DNA from: Bacteroidota bacterium
GTDB lineage: Bacteria > Bacteroidota > Bacteroidia > Bacteroidales > UBA10428
Direction: 5' to 3'
Length of the DNA: 64,000 nucleotides
Assembly: GCA_003252385.1 (NCBI GenBank)
Contig: QKEH01000114.1
Span: forward strand, 14,440 to 78,439
The notes beneath the pieces were generated by a model, which was not told the origin of the DNA, ran no database searches, and saw only the letters and a program-made list of their open reading frames with translations. The position numbers and the translations under genes are program-made. Positions 50,610-60,456 of the stretch are shown piece after piece (position 1 is the first letter of the stretch; each line of letters begins with the position of its first letter).

Positions 50610-52875
50610 CGATAATCTGAATTATTTTTTGAATAACTATGGGCAATCCTTCGCTGGTAAAAGACCGAATATCTACCAGATAGTTTCCTTCTTCATCGGA
50701 ACTGGAGAAAACATCGCCTGCTGTGTGATTCGGCTCCAGCTGTAGGTCTGAATTCCAATATAAAAGATTCTCGAAAGAGGGCACTTTGGAACCATTAGAT
50801 CCATTTTGGACAGAAACGGTACAGTTCTCATAGCCAGGTAAAACGTTTTGAACCGAATTCTGCTTCTTCAAACTTTTTCGATATCCGGGGGTGGTATACA
50901 CCGCCAGCAGTCCTTCGTATGTAAGATTACCGGTAGCATGCAATCCGCTCTGCACCTCAACCCGCTGGATGTCTTTGGTTCCGAGCAGGTACAATTCCTC
51001 CGGATGGGAAATCAAAATACCATCCAACAAGACAATGGGGTTATCATACCGTATATTGCTCTCAATGTCGAATATACTTACCTGTGCAGTTCCCCGGGAA
51101 TATTTATAGCGCACCGAGGGTAATATTTCCCGGGCTATCTCCTCAAAGTTATCCATGTTGACATATTCACCGGGAAATACCACATACGTAGGAACCCCGT
51201 AAAAGGGCATTCTGCGTGGATTATCTTCCAAATGAAACTGTCCGTTTTTTACATTTTTGAAGGCGCGCTGAATGATCATCCGTTGGGCTTCTTCATGGAG
51301 ATAAGTGGTAAATTCTTCGGATTTATTCTGTTCTAATTTATGCGTACCGGAACCCTTGGAAGAATAATAAAACGGATCATCCAATTGCACGGCAAATTCG
51401 GTAAATAGTGGTTCACCCCCTCTGCTAACTTTGAACTGAACCGGGCAAGCTCCTACCTCATTGACTAAGAAGGCCCATTTTCCCTGGGTATTGCTTCGGG
51501 CTAAGGCTACACTTCCCATGGTGTCTAATACCGCCATAATTACATCCACATTGGAGAAGGGAGCTCCATCCTTATTCAATATCTTCCCGGTAACCAGCAT
51601 CCCCAAATCTTCGGCCGGAAAGGTGACCTTTCCCGATAACAGCTGGTTATACGTTGGTTCTGCAACAGGCAGGTAACGAGGATAGACCTCGGCCATTTGA
51701 GACGATACGCTTTGAATAGCCATAAAATCGAAAGTAGCCTGCACAGCTCCTTGTTCAACAGAATAATACGATGGCATTTTTGATACACATACCGATAAGG
51801 GAGTTGCCGGTTGCAGAGAGGCGCCATTAAAATCTAATTCGAACGAGATTTCGGATCGGGAGCGAACCGGAGAGTTTAGGGTACAACGAACTGCCCAATT
51901 GTCGGGTTGACAGAGGTATTCCTGGGCATGCACCAAACGCCCCTCAGGGGTGACCACTTGAAGCTCCACCAGTCCGCCCGGTAAATCCACTTGGTGCACA
52001 CAAACACGAGCGGTATCGGACGCAAACGAGAGGGGTTGATGAACCAACACCTGACCGCGATGCAACATTTTTAGAACCAGCGCCTCGGAAAGGTGGTTTC
52101 TTCTGCTAATGACAAAACAACCCGATCCATTCTCCTTAGCCTGCCATTGGATACGGTAGCCCTGACTGAAAACTTCAGGCAGTACATATTCGGTAGCTGT
52201 ACCTTGGGCGTTCGAGAAAGTGAGCACATATTTTTTCCCCGACTTCGGAGTAAATATCACCTGAGCCTCGCCGTAACTATTGGTAACAAATTCGTCCAAA
52301 ATCGTATGGTCCGATTCTTCATGAACCGATCCCGTACCATGAGCCCCGTTCACCATAGGGTACTTCAGGAGCACGGTTGTTTCCAGTCCATCGATTAGCA
52401 TTCCGCCCTGTAGATACACCTGAGGCAGGCAAGGATAATCAATGGTTCGGATGTATTCCCGCGAATCGTATTGATTGTATACATAAACAGGTGTGCTGCT
52501 GAATTGCTCATCGCCAAAATTTTTCATCCAATTGGTATACGCCTTCAGTAAGTAGGCTCCGGTTTGTAAAGTGTCGGGGAGTTGCAGTACGGATGTTGCC
52601 CGATTTCCTTCCAGACGCAAAACCTTCTGAATAACGGGATGCTCCTCGTTGGTAAGCAACTCCACATAAAGTACCTTGCTAATGCACTCTGCCGGATTAC
52701 TCTTGGCATAACAAACGGCGCTAAACGGAATGAGCTCTCCGGAGATAAACTGTTTCTGCCCCAACTGAAGGCTCACTTGTTCGGTATAAAGTTTTTCATC
52801 AACAGGGATCCCGGCCTTAAGCATACCCGTTATACTCCATCCTAAAACTGCGATATAGAAATATTTACCTATCAT
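50599..52875 (-). CDS. Exported macroglobulin(MG2)-like protein with a TonB plug-like module
   Basis: SKVLYVEL...LPDTLQTGAYLLKAYTNWMKNF N-domain, NPIVLLDG...DIQRVEV...YEGLLAVYT plug-like segment and LLYWN...SDEEG C-domain. Confidence 0.65.
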   Translation of the reverse strand: MIGKYFYIAVLGWSITGMLKAGIPVDEKLYTEQVSLQLGQKQFISGELIPFSAVCYAKSNPAECISKVLYVELLTNEEHPVIQKVLRLEGNRATSVLQLPDTLQTGAYLLKAYTNWMKNFGDEQFSSTPVYVYNQYDSREYIRTIDYPCLPQVYLQGGMLIDGLETTVLLKYPMVNGAHGTGSVHEESDHTILDEFVTNSYGEAQVIFTPKSGKKYVLTFSNAQGTATEYVLPEVFSQGYRIQWQAKENGSGCFVISRRNHLSEALVLKMLHRGQVLVHQPLSFASDTARVCVHQVDLPGGLVELQVVTPEGRLVHAQEYLCQPDNWAVRCTLNSPVRSRSEISFELDFNGASLQPATPLSVCVSKMPSYYSVEQGAVQATFDFMAIQSVSSQMAEVYPRYLPVAEPTYNQLLSGKVTFPAEDLGMLVTGKILNKDGAPFSNVDVIMAVLDTMGSVALARSNTQGKWAFLVNEVGACPVQFKVSRGGEPLFTEFAVQLDDPFYYSSKGSGTHKLEQNKSEEFTTYLHEEAQRMIIQRAFKNVKNGQFHLEDNPRRMPFYGVPTYVVFPGEYVNMDNFEEIAREILPSVRYKYSRGTAQVSIFDIESNIRYDNPIVLLDGILISHPEELYLLGTKDIQRVEVQSGLHATGNLTYEGLLAVYTTPGYRKSLKKQNSVQNVLPGYENCTVSVQNGSNGSKVPSFENLLYWNSDLQLEPNHTAGDVFSSSDEEGNYLVDIRSFTSEGLPIVIQKIIQIIDAK

Positions 52876-52898
52876 AAATTGTATTTGCTGTCAAGTGT

Positions 52899-54005
52899 TT
52901 ATAGTCGGGGTTTGTTAATCCAGGTAGCTTCCGCATCATCGGGAATAGGTGCATCCAGGGGAACAGGAAACGCATCTAAATTAAGGTTCAACTCTGAAAA
53001 TGAACTCAATCCAACTCTACCAACAAAGAGAAGTGCTGAACGCGTACTGATATCGGAGGCAAAGAACACCCCGCATACCGGATACAACTCGTCAGTAATA
53101 CACATAATATTACCATGTACCTGAGAGGCAACCGGGTCGAACAACCGTCCATCAGAGGAAAGTTGTTCGCGTGCTTCCGAATAAAACCGATAGGCATCGG
53201 CAGATATGCTATTTTGCTGCAACTCAAATACTAAACCACAAAATTCCGTCGATATCAGCGATTCGGTCGAATCCATTTCCGGAGTGAACGTTTCCATTAC
53301 TTGTAACGACATATCAAACATTTCCAGTTCGTCAATCTTAAAACTCTGATACTCGTCGGCATTGGCTATGGGTATGTTACTAAACCATCGGGAACGATAA
53401 TCGTAAGACGTACGCCCTAGAACTGAACCTATTTGCATAATAATGCTTTTATGCTGTTCCAACGCCCTATACTTATAAAAGTACTTGTTGTTAGTTGCAA
53501 GCAAACCCAAGGTGCCTGCATAGATTACCATGGTTTTATCCTCTTCTTCATGGATATTGCCATCTACATCCACCGGATAGGTAATTTTCTTCTCGGCTTT
53601 GCAAAACAGCGTGTCAACAGGTGGGCAAGGTTGTATGGTTTGGGGAACCGATTCGAAACTATTGCCATCGGGGGTGTTAATGTGTAAGGTATACGTAGAC
53701 CCGATGCGAGGAATGTTGCCCGCATGGAAGCTAAGCTTGTATTTTCCCTTGCTTTGCTCTTCATAATAAAAATGGCTCCCATTCTCATCGGTTACATACA
53801 CCTCGGCCCGGGGCACACCTATGCTTAAAAAATTCCCCCCCGTTTCGGTTACATACGAAAGGGCAATTTCATACGTCTGCAACAGTGTACCAATACTCCC
53901 TTCTACACATAGCACAGGAGGCATGGACTCCACCTCAGGCTCAAAGCTTTTATAGCACGACGAGAATATAACCACCAATAGGATCAACCAACGATACATT
54001 AGCAT
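52899..54005 (-). CDS. DUF4249 family lipoprotein
   Basis: Lipobox FSSC; VLCVEGSI, YTLHI, QNSISADAY, LFDP..GNI and GVFFAS. Confidence 0.8.
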   Translation of the reverse strand: MLMYRWLILLVVIFSSCYKSFEPEVESMPPVLCVEGSIGTLLQTYEIALSYVTETGGNFLSIGVPRAEVYVTDENGSHFYYEEQSKGKYKLSFHAGNIPRIGSTYTLHINTPDGNSFESVPQTIQPCPPVDTLFCKAEKKITYPVDVDGNIHEEEDKTMVIYAGTLGLLATNNKYFYKYRALEQHKSIIMQIGSVLGRTSYDYRSRWFSNIPIANADEYQSFKIDELEMFDMSLQVMETFTPEMDSTESLISTEFCGLVFELQQNSISADAYRFYSEAREQLSSDGRLFDPVASQVHGNIMCITDELYPVCGVFFASDISTRSALLFVGRVGLSSFSELNLNLDAFPVPLDAPIPDDAEATWINKPRL

Positions 54006-56740
54006 TAAAATTTAAGATTATAGGTCAATGAAGGGATGGGAATGCCAATGATGGCTAACTGATAATTGGAATAGGGTTTATAGTTGTTTACGGCAGAAGG
54101 AACCTCCTTCCGGTAATAGGTAGAATAGACGTTTTTATGGGCGTATACATTAACAACCGATAACACCCAACTACTCTGACCTCTCTTCTGTTTTTTAAGA
54201 CTCATTTTCCAGGTGAGAGATACATCCAGACGATGGTAATCGGGCAGACGGTATTTGTTCCGGTCCGAATACACTACAATGGGATTACCGGCCACCCAAA
54301 TGTAATTCTCCGGATAGGTTACGGGACGCCCGGTGCTGTATACAAAACTGGATCCGAGAGTCAAGCGCTTGGTCAGTTCCAGGTTGGCCACTACCGAAAC
54401 ATCATGGGGCTTATCGTAGTTCGATGTATACCACTCGCCGCGGTTGATGAGTTCTTCTTTGGCTGCCCCGCTGGTTTGCATAAAGGACCGGGAATACGTG
54501 TAACTCACCCACCCCGATATACGCCCGGAATTTTTACGCAGCAACAACTCTATCCCGCAGGCTTGCATGGCAGCTGAAAGTACATCCTGCTCAATATTGG
54601 GGTTAACTGCCAGGATAGCTCCCGGCTTAAACTCCAGGACATCGGTTGCCCGTTTGTAGTACAACTCTGCCGAAGTTTCGTAGAGGTTGGTTTTACTATT
54701 ATGGAAAATGCCCAGAGAAACCTGATCGGCAACAGCTGGATGAATATAGCGGTCGCTACTCTTCCAGGTATCCGTTGGCACCAACACGGCAGTGTTGGAC
54801 AGAATATGAAGATTTTGCCGGGTGCGGCAATAGCCGAGTTTCAGTGAATTAGATACCCCCAACACATAACGTAGCGCCATTCGGGGTTCCCAGCCTGCAT
54901 AGTTTTTCAACAGCGCTCCGGTTGCATACTCCTCGGTACCCACCCAGGTTGATGAGCTGATACTATCGTTGCTGTAGGTATTTATGGTAGCCGGCCCCAG
55001 CGCACTAAAACTGCTGTAGCGTAAGCCCAGGTTAACAGACAAGCGGGGAGTAATCGCATACTCTTCCTGTAGGTAAGCTGCCCAATCGCAGGCGTATGCA
55101 TCGTCCAATGCAACCGGTTCAATATTAGAATAATCGCCATAGGGTGTCTTGGTGCCGGAACCAATAGTATATTGGTTTACTTCCATACCTGCTTCCATAG
55201 AATGGTTAAGCAGTTCCACCCGGGTACGAAAAACCCCTCCTTCCTGATTCATACTGGTTTGCAACGACGATGCGCTATACGAATCACTCTTTTCGACCGT
55301 TTCGTTGGTAAGGTTCGTTGAAAATCCATTCAGAAAAAAGGATAACTTATCACTTACGATATAACGAATCTGAGAAGAGAACAAGCGGTTGGTATAGCTA
55401 TAAATTGCTTCGTCAGCCAGATCAAAATAGTCGCTGCTCTGATACGCAGAAACATTCAACCGGAGTTTTTGGGTGATGATGAAACCCAGTTTGCCGTTCC
55501 AGTCGAAAAAATTTGCCGAACTGTTGCGTATATCTTCTTCGGGGATACGGTGTAAGATCCAATCGGAATAAGTGGTTCTTCCACCTATCGCATAGGAAAT
55601 CCGGTCGTGAACCAATGGGCCCTGCAAAGCAAGTTTGCTGCTAAACAACCCAGCACTGGCATCGCCTTCAAATTCTTCCATATTGCCTTCTTTGAGGGCA
55701 ATATCCATGTAGGACGAAATCCGCCCCCCATAACGTGCAGCCACGCCACCTTTGTGCAATTCCAGATTTTCAATACTGGAGGCATCTACAATGGAAAACA
55801 TCCCAAACAAATGGTTGGCATTGTAAATGGGAACGCCATCCAGCATAATCAGGTTCTGGTCGCTACTCCCTCCTCGTACGTTAAACCCCGATGCCAAATC
55901 GCCTGAAGATTGCACACCCGGCATTAAAGTCATGGTCTTCATCAGGTCGGGCTCGCCCATAAGTACCGGAATCGAACTAACGGTTCGGGCGTCAAGCCGA
56001 ACAATGCTCATTTCGGTGCTCATCACATTGGCTTTGGCATTATGGGTAATTACGACCTGATCCAGGTCGATGGTTTTTTCGAACAGCTCAATGTCCAAAT
56101 TTCCGGGCGAAATCATGTTTAGGGTAACTACCTTAGATTCAAAGCCCACGAAGGCATAATTCACCTCCTGCCTTCCTACCGGAATTTCCAGGGAATAGTA
56201 CCCCTTAGGGTCAGTAATAATGTTGGCACGGGTACCTTCCACCTGAATCAACACGCCGGGCAATGCCTCGCCCGTTTTGCCATTGCGCACAAATCCATGG
56301 AGTTGCGCCTTTTTAAATTTCCCGGCTAACTGGGGTGAGCCGATATCCAAAATTGAGTTGTATTCACTGGGAGATTCGCCACTCATGGTAATCTGATCCT
56401 TCATGCTCAGCTGGGAACGTTGCATGAATACCAGGTTCTTTTTACGATAAACCATGTATGCCAGATTGTATTTTACAAGTTCCTCATCCAGGAATTTGAG
56501 CAGAGGCTTCAAATTATCCCCGTTATCGAGATATACCTCCTTTAACAGCCCTTCGGTGTAAAAGAACCGGTTCGGGGTAGTCGATTGTAAACGGCTGAGA
56601 TAGTCCTCCAGCGATGTTTGTTGAGCAACACCGGTTATGAAGAGGTCGGCTACCTGTTGAGCCGAAGCTTGCACGTGTACAGCACTCAGAAAAACAATAA
56701 CGGGAATCAGCCGAAGTGAACATCTGTAAAAAAAGAACAT
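54005..56740 (-). CDS. TonB-dependent receptor with a carboxypeptidase-like regulatory domain
   Basis: TGEALPG, GEPDLMK...PGVQ, FNVRGG..DQNL, ARYGGRISS, LPDYHRLD and terminal YNLKF. Confidence 0.9.
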   Translation of the reverse strand: MFFFYRCSLRLIPVIVFLSAVHVQASAQQVADLFITGVAQQTSLEDYLSRLQSTTPNRFFYTEGLLKEVYLDNGDNLKPLLKFLDEELVKYNLAYMVYRKKNLVFMQRSQLSMKDQITMSGESPSEYNSILDIGSPQLAGKFKKAQLHGFVRNGKTGEALPGVLIQVEGTRANIITDPKGYYSLEIPVGRQEVNYAFVGFESKVVTLNMISPGNLDIELFEKTIDLDQVVITHNAKANVMSTEMSIVRLDARTVSSIPVLMGEPDLMKTMTLMPGVQSSGDLASGFNVRGGSSDQNLIMLDGVPIYNANHLFGMFSIVDASSIENLELHKGGVAARYGGRISSYMDIALKEGNMEEFEGDASAGLFSSKLALQGPLVHDRISYAIGGRTTYSDWILHRIPEEDIRNSSANFFDWNGKLGFIITQKLRLNVSAYQSSDYFDLADEAIYSYTNRLFSSQIRYIVSDKLSFFLNGFSTNLTNETVEKSDSYSASSLQTSMNQEGGVFRTRVELLNHSMEAGMEVNQYTIGSGTKTPYGDYSNIEPVALDDAYACDWAAYLQEEYAITPRLSVNLGLRYSSFSALGPATINTYSNDSISSSTWVGTEEYATGALLKNYAGWEPRMALRYVLGVSNSLKLGYCRTRQNLHILSNTAVLVPTDTWKSSDRYIHPAVADQVSLGIFHNSKTNLYETSAELYYKRATDVLEFKPGAILAVNPNIEQDVLSAAMQACGIELLLRKNSGRISGWVSYTYSRSFMQTSGAAKEELINRGEWYTSNYDKPHDVSVVANLELTKRLTLGSSFVYSTGRPVTYPENYIWVAGNPIVVYSDRNKYRLPDYHRLDVSLTWKMSLKKQKRGQSSWVLSVVNVYAHKNVYSTYYRKEVPSAVNNYKPYSNYQLAIIGIPIPSLTYNLKF

Positions 56741-56817
56741 ACTACCACTACCTCCTTCGATTATTAATACATGTTATGGATAAGAGAGTGACCAGCAAGA
56801 GGCTGAAAACACGTAGC

Positions 56818-56834
56818 CAAAAGTAGTACTTTTG
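56818..56834. promoter_or_regulatory. Back-to-back -7 elements (bidirectional promoter)
   Basis: Inverted repeat CAAAAGTA-g-TACTTTTG between divergent genes. Confidence 0.65.
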
Positions 56835-56850
56835 TAAAAATAGCATCTCC

Positions 56851-57315
56851 ATGAAAGTGATTCATTGCGATTTTTCCAATCCCATGCACACGCAAGCTGT
56901 GATTAACCTGATGAATGCCTACCTGTCCGATGCCATGGGAGGAAAGCTTCCTCTGCTTACCCTAAAGCAGGAAGAGGATCTGATTACCGGCTTACGTGAC
57001 CATCCGTCAAAACTCGTTTTGCTGGTTGAGGATGAACAACAATTTATTGGCCTGACCAATTGCTTCATCAATTTTGGAACCTTCGCCTGCCGGCCATTTA
57101 TAAACATTCACGACCTGGTGGTATTACCTGCCTCCCGTGGCAAAGGCGCCGGAAAATTACTGATGCAGGCCATTGAACTGGAAGCCCAACGACTAAACTG
57201 TGCTAAAATAACCCTTGAAGTGCGCGACGATAATACCACGGCACAAGCCCTGTATTCGAAAACCGGTTATGGCCACTGCGAGCCCCCGATGCTGTTCTGG
57301 GTGAAATACCTGTAA
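56851..57315 (+). CDS. GNAT family N-acetyltransferase
   Basis: NIHDLVV...RGKGAG and ITLEVRDDN..AQALY motifs. Confidence 0.88.
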   Translation: MKVIHCDFSNPMHTQAVINLMNAYLSDAMGGKLPLLTLKQEEDLITGLRDHPSKLVLLVEDEQQFIGLTNCFINFGTFACRPFINIHDLVVLPASRGKGAGKLLMQAIELEAQRLNCAKITLEVRDDNTTAQALYSKTGYGHCEPPMLFWVKYL

Positions 57316-57397
57316 AAATTTCGACTAAACCCCAGGCAGATTGGCTCTGATCTGTTCTCTAAAATCCAATCTAAAACACTCCCAACCTAAGCCCAGA

Positions 57398-58288
57398 ATG
57401 GAATCCAATAAAACAATCGTTCCCCTGCCCTGCACCAGTGCCCTGCACCCGCTGAAACGAAAAATACCCTATGGCTGGGATCTCAACCTTTACCGGGGTT
57501 GCGCGCACGACTGCATCTATTGTTATGCCAGACACCAGCACCCCCATTCCGAGACTCACGATTTTGAAACGATTTATGCTAAAACCAACCTGGCAGAAGT
57601 ATTGGATCGCGAATTGAGACGCCCGGGGTGGAAGCGGGAAATTATTAATATTGGAGGGGTTACCGACAGCTACCAACCCGCCGAAGCCGAACTTAAACTG
57701 ATGCCAGAGGTACTTCGGGTGCTGATCCGGCATAAAACACCTGCCATAATTTCCACCAAATCCACCCTGGTGTTGCGCGATATCGAACTGATCGACCGAC
57801 TTTCGCACTTAACATACATTAACGTTGCTGCATCGGTGGTTACCCGCGATGAATCGATACGAAAATTTATTGAACCCGGTGCCAGTGGCGCCGACAAGCT
57901 TTTTGAAGCACTGCATGAATTTCGAAAAACCAACGCTTCGGTGGGGTTACATGCCATGCCCATTATCCCTTTTCTAACCGATAGTTATGAAACCATAGAA
58001 ACCCTGTGTGCCGGAGCCCGTGCAGCAGGAGTCCACTATATGCTTCCGGGGGTGATGTACCTTCGGGGAAATACCCGAAAAACCGTTTTCGATTTTTTCC
58101 GCAGAACCTTCCCTGATCGTTTCGAAGCACTTCAGGCATGTTACAAAAAAGGTGGTGCCGATAAAAACTATAAGGATCAGTTGTACCAACAGGTGGTGAA
58201 TCCGCTTCGCAAGAAATACGATCTTTCCGGAGACTACAGCCGCATTATTCGGGAAAAAATGCACAAGCCCGATCCAACCCTTTTTTAA
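57398..58288 (+). CDS. Radical SAM protein, spore-photoproduct-lyase-like family
   Basis: NLYRGCAHDCIYCYA (CxxxCxxC), TDSYQPAE, ISTKS and IEPGA; start at ATG 57398. Confidence 0.85.
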   Translation: MESNKTIVPLPCTSALHPLKRKIPYGWDLNLYRGCAHDCIYCYARHQHPHSETHDFETIYAKTNLAEVLDRELRRPGWKREIINIGGVTDSYQPAEAELKLMPEVLRVLIRHKTPAIISTKSTLVLRDIELIDRLSHLTYINVAASVVTRDESIRKFIEPGASGADKLFEALHEFRKTNASVGLHAMPIIPFLTDSYETIETLCAGARAAGVHYMLPGVMYLRGNTRKTVFDFFRRTFPDRFEALQACYKKGGADKNYKDQLYQQVVNPLRKKYDLSGDYSRIIREKMHKPDPTLF

Positions 58289-58306
58289 ACACCTAACTTT
58301 ACCTCC

Positions 58307-58570
58307 ATGGAACCGCATACACCCGTACCCGACCCACAGCTTCTAATGGACCTGATCAAAACGCCCATGCCTTTTGGAAAATACCAGGGGCGACCACTCT
58401 ATACATTGCCTGAGCCCTACCTGGTTTGGTTTAAGCAGAAAGGCTTCCCGAAAGGCAAACTGGGCATACAGCTGGAAACGCTGTATGAAATAAAACTCAA
58501 CGGATTGGAATACCTGCTTAAGCAACTGGCATCAGGAAATCATGGGATCGGAGGAACAGAAAACAAATAA
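58307..58570 (+). CDS. DUF3820 family protein
   Basis: MPFGKYQG..L..LPEPYLVWF..KGFP.GKLG...YEIKLNGL signature. Confidence 0.85.
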   Translation: MEPHTPVPDPQLLMDLIKTPMPFGKYQGRPLYTLPEPYLVWFKQKGFPKGKLGIQLETLYEIKLNGLEYLLKQLASGNHGIGGTENK

Positions 58571-58721
58571 CCTTAAAAATATAAATCAGTCCCCAATATT
58601 ACCAAACCATCACACCAATTTTTGCGTATTTACATCATAATGCATCCTTTTTTAAAGGGGCACATGTGAATATTTTACGTTTTTAACGTGTATCTTTGCA
58701 CAAAATATCAATTTATCAGCT

Positions 58722-60296
58722 ATGAGCACGCCAGACAAGAGATTCTGCGAGAAAAGTGGCCGTGAGTGCTATGGCGATACGGATTTGCCCCTGCTCTTTG
58801 ATGTTAGCCGGAGGCTGAACAACATTCGCAATATTAAGGAAGACCTGGACACGATTCTCGAAATAATCGCCCGGTACCTAAATGCCGAACGAGCCATCAT
58901 AACCATTCTCAATCGCGAAAGTTCCAATATCTTCATTGAACGTGGTTACGGACTCAGCGAAGAAGCCAAAGCCCGGGGTGTTTACAAAGTGGGCGAAGGG
59001 GTGATTGGCCGTGTGGTTAAAACAGGAAAACCAGTGGTTATCCCCAAGATACTGAAGGACGACACCTATCTGAACCGCACCAAATCGAAACTGCTCACCT
59101 CCGATCGCCGGCACATAACCTTTATTTGCGTGCCTGTTATGGTGGAAGATACCATCACCGGAACGCTAAGTGTAGATATGGCGTTTGATGAAAAAGCCAA
59201 TCACGATGCCATAGTGCGGCTGCTCAACATTTTGGGCAGCATGATCGCCCAATTCGTACGTATCCGTCAGGATCGGCTGGAAGAAATTGAACGGCTCAAG
59301 GAGGAAAATTTAAAACTCCATACCGAATTAAAAGGGAAATTTATTCCGGAAAATATGGTAGGCAATTCCGGCAAAATGCTGGAAGTGTATAAGCTCATCG
59401 AACGGGTGGCGGCCACCAATGCCACGGTACTTATCCGGGGCGAAAGCGGCGTGGGGAAAGAACTTATTGCCGATGCCATTCATTACAACAGCCCCCGAGC
59501 CGATATGCCCCTGATTAAGGTAAACTGCTCGGCATTGCCCGAAAGCCTGATTGAAAGCGAACTCTTTGGCCATGAGAAGGGTGCATTTACCGGAGCCGAT
59601 CGTCAGCGCAAAGGCCGTTTCGAACTGGCAGAGGGTGGGACTATTTTTCTGGATGAAATAGGTGATTTGCCGGCCCAGACCCAGGTGAAACTTTTACGAA
59701 CCTTGCAGGAAAAAGAATATGAACGTATTGGCAGCGGAGAATCCATAAAAGCTAACGTGCGAATTATCGCTGCCACCAACCGCAACCTGGAGCACTTAAT
59801 TGAAAAAGGCGACTTTCGCGAAGACTTATTCTACCGCCTGAATGTATTCCCGATATTCATGCCGCCATTACGTGAACGTATCAACGACATACCCAGCCTG
59901 GTAGATCATTTTATCCAAAAGTGCAACCAGGAAAACGCGACCAACATTAAGCGTATTTCGTCGTCGGCTATTGATATGCTGATGGTATATCATTGGCCCG
60001 GAAATATTCGTGAGTTGGAAAACTGCATTGAGCGCGCTGCCATAATGAGTGTCGACGGGGTGATTCGTGCCAACAACCTGCCCCCCACCCTGCAGACCGC
60101 CGATTCCTCCAATACTCCTACCAAAGGCACACTCCATGCTGTTCTGGAACGGGTGGAAAAGCAAATTTTGGTAGAAACCCTGGTGCAAACCCGCGGTAAT
60201 ATGGCTAAGGCATCAGCTCAATTGGGCATTACCGAACGCATTATTGGGTTACGTGCAAAAAAATACGATATTGATCCCCGTCGTTTTAAGCGATAG
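58722..60296 (+). CDS. GAF-AAA+-HTH sigma-54 enhancer-binding protein (NifA/AnfA-like)
   Basis: GAF segment (GEGVIG, FICVP), [28 protein letters not shown] and C-terminal HTH; TATCTTTG element at 58691-58698. Confidence 0.88.
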   Translation: MSTPDKRFCEKSGRECYGDTDLPLLFDVSRRLNNIRNIKEDLDTILEIIARYLNAERAIITILNRESSNIFIERGYGLSEEAKARGVYKVGEGVIGRVVKTGKPVVIPKILKDDTYLNRTKSKLLTSDRRHITFICVPVMVEDTITGTLSVDMAFDEKANHDAIVRLLNILGSMIAQFVRIRQDRLEEIERLKEENLKLHTELKGKFIPENMVGNSGKMLEVYKLIERVAATNATVLIRGESGVGKELIADAIHYNSPRADMPLIKVNCSALPESLIESELFGHEKGAFTGADRQRKGRFELAEGGTIFLDEIGDLPAQTQVKLLRTLQEKEYERIGSGESIKANVRIIAATNRNLEHLIEKGDFREDLFYRLNVFPIFMPPLRERINDIPSLVDHFIQKCNQENATNIKRISSSAIDMLMVYHWPGNIRELENCIERAAIMSVDGVIRANNLPPTLQTADSSNTPTKGTLHAVLERVEKQILVETLVQTRGNMAKASAQLGITERIIGLRAKKYDIDPRRFKR

Positions 60297-60456
60297 TTGC
60301 TACGCTACCATCAGGGTTCCTCTGGTATCGCCACACCGTATAGAAGGATCCTTGCATAAGGTATAGCGACAGACAACAAAGTTAAAGACACGGCTCTCCT
60401 GGCTTATCGACCCCTACTAAAAGATAATTCCCGGCTATGACGTGTATGCTTGCGCA

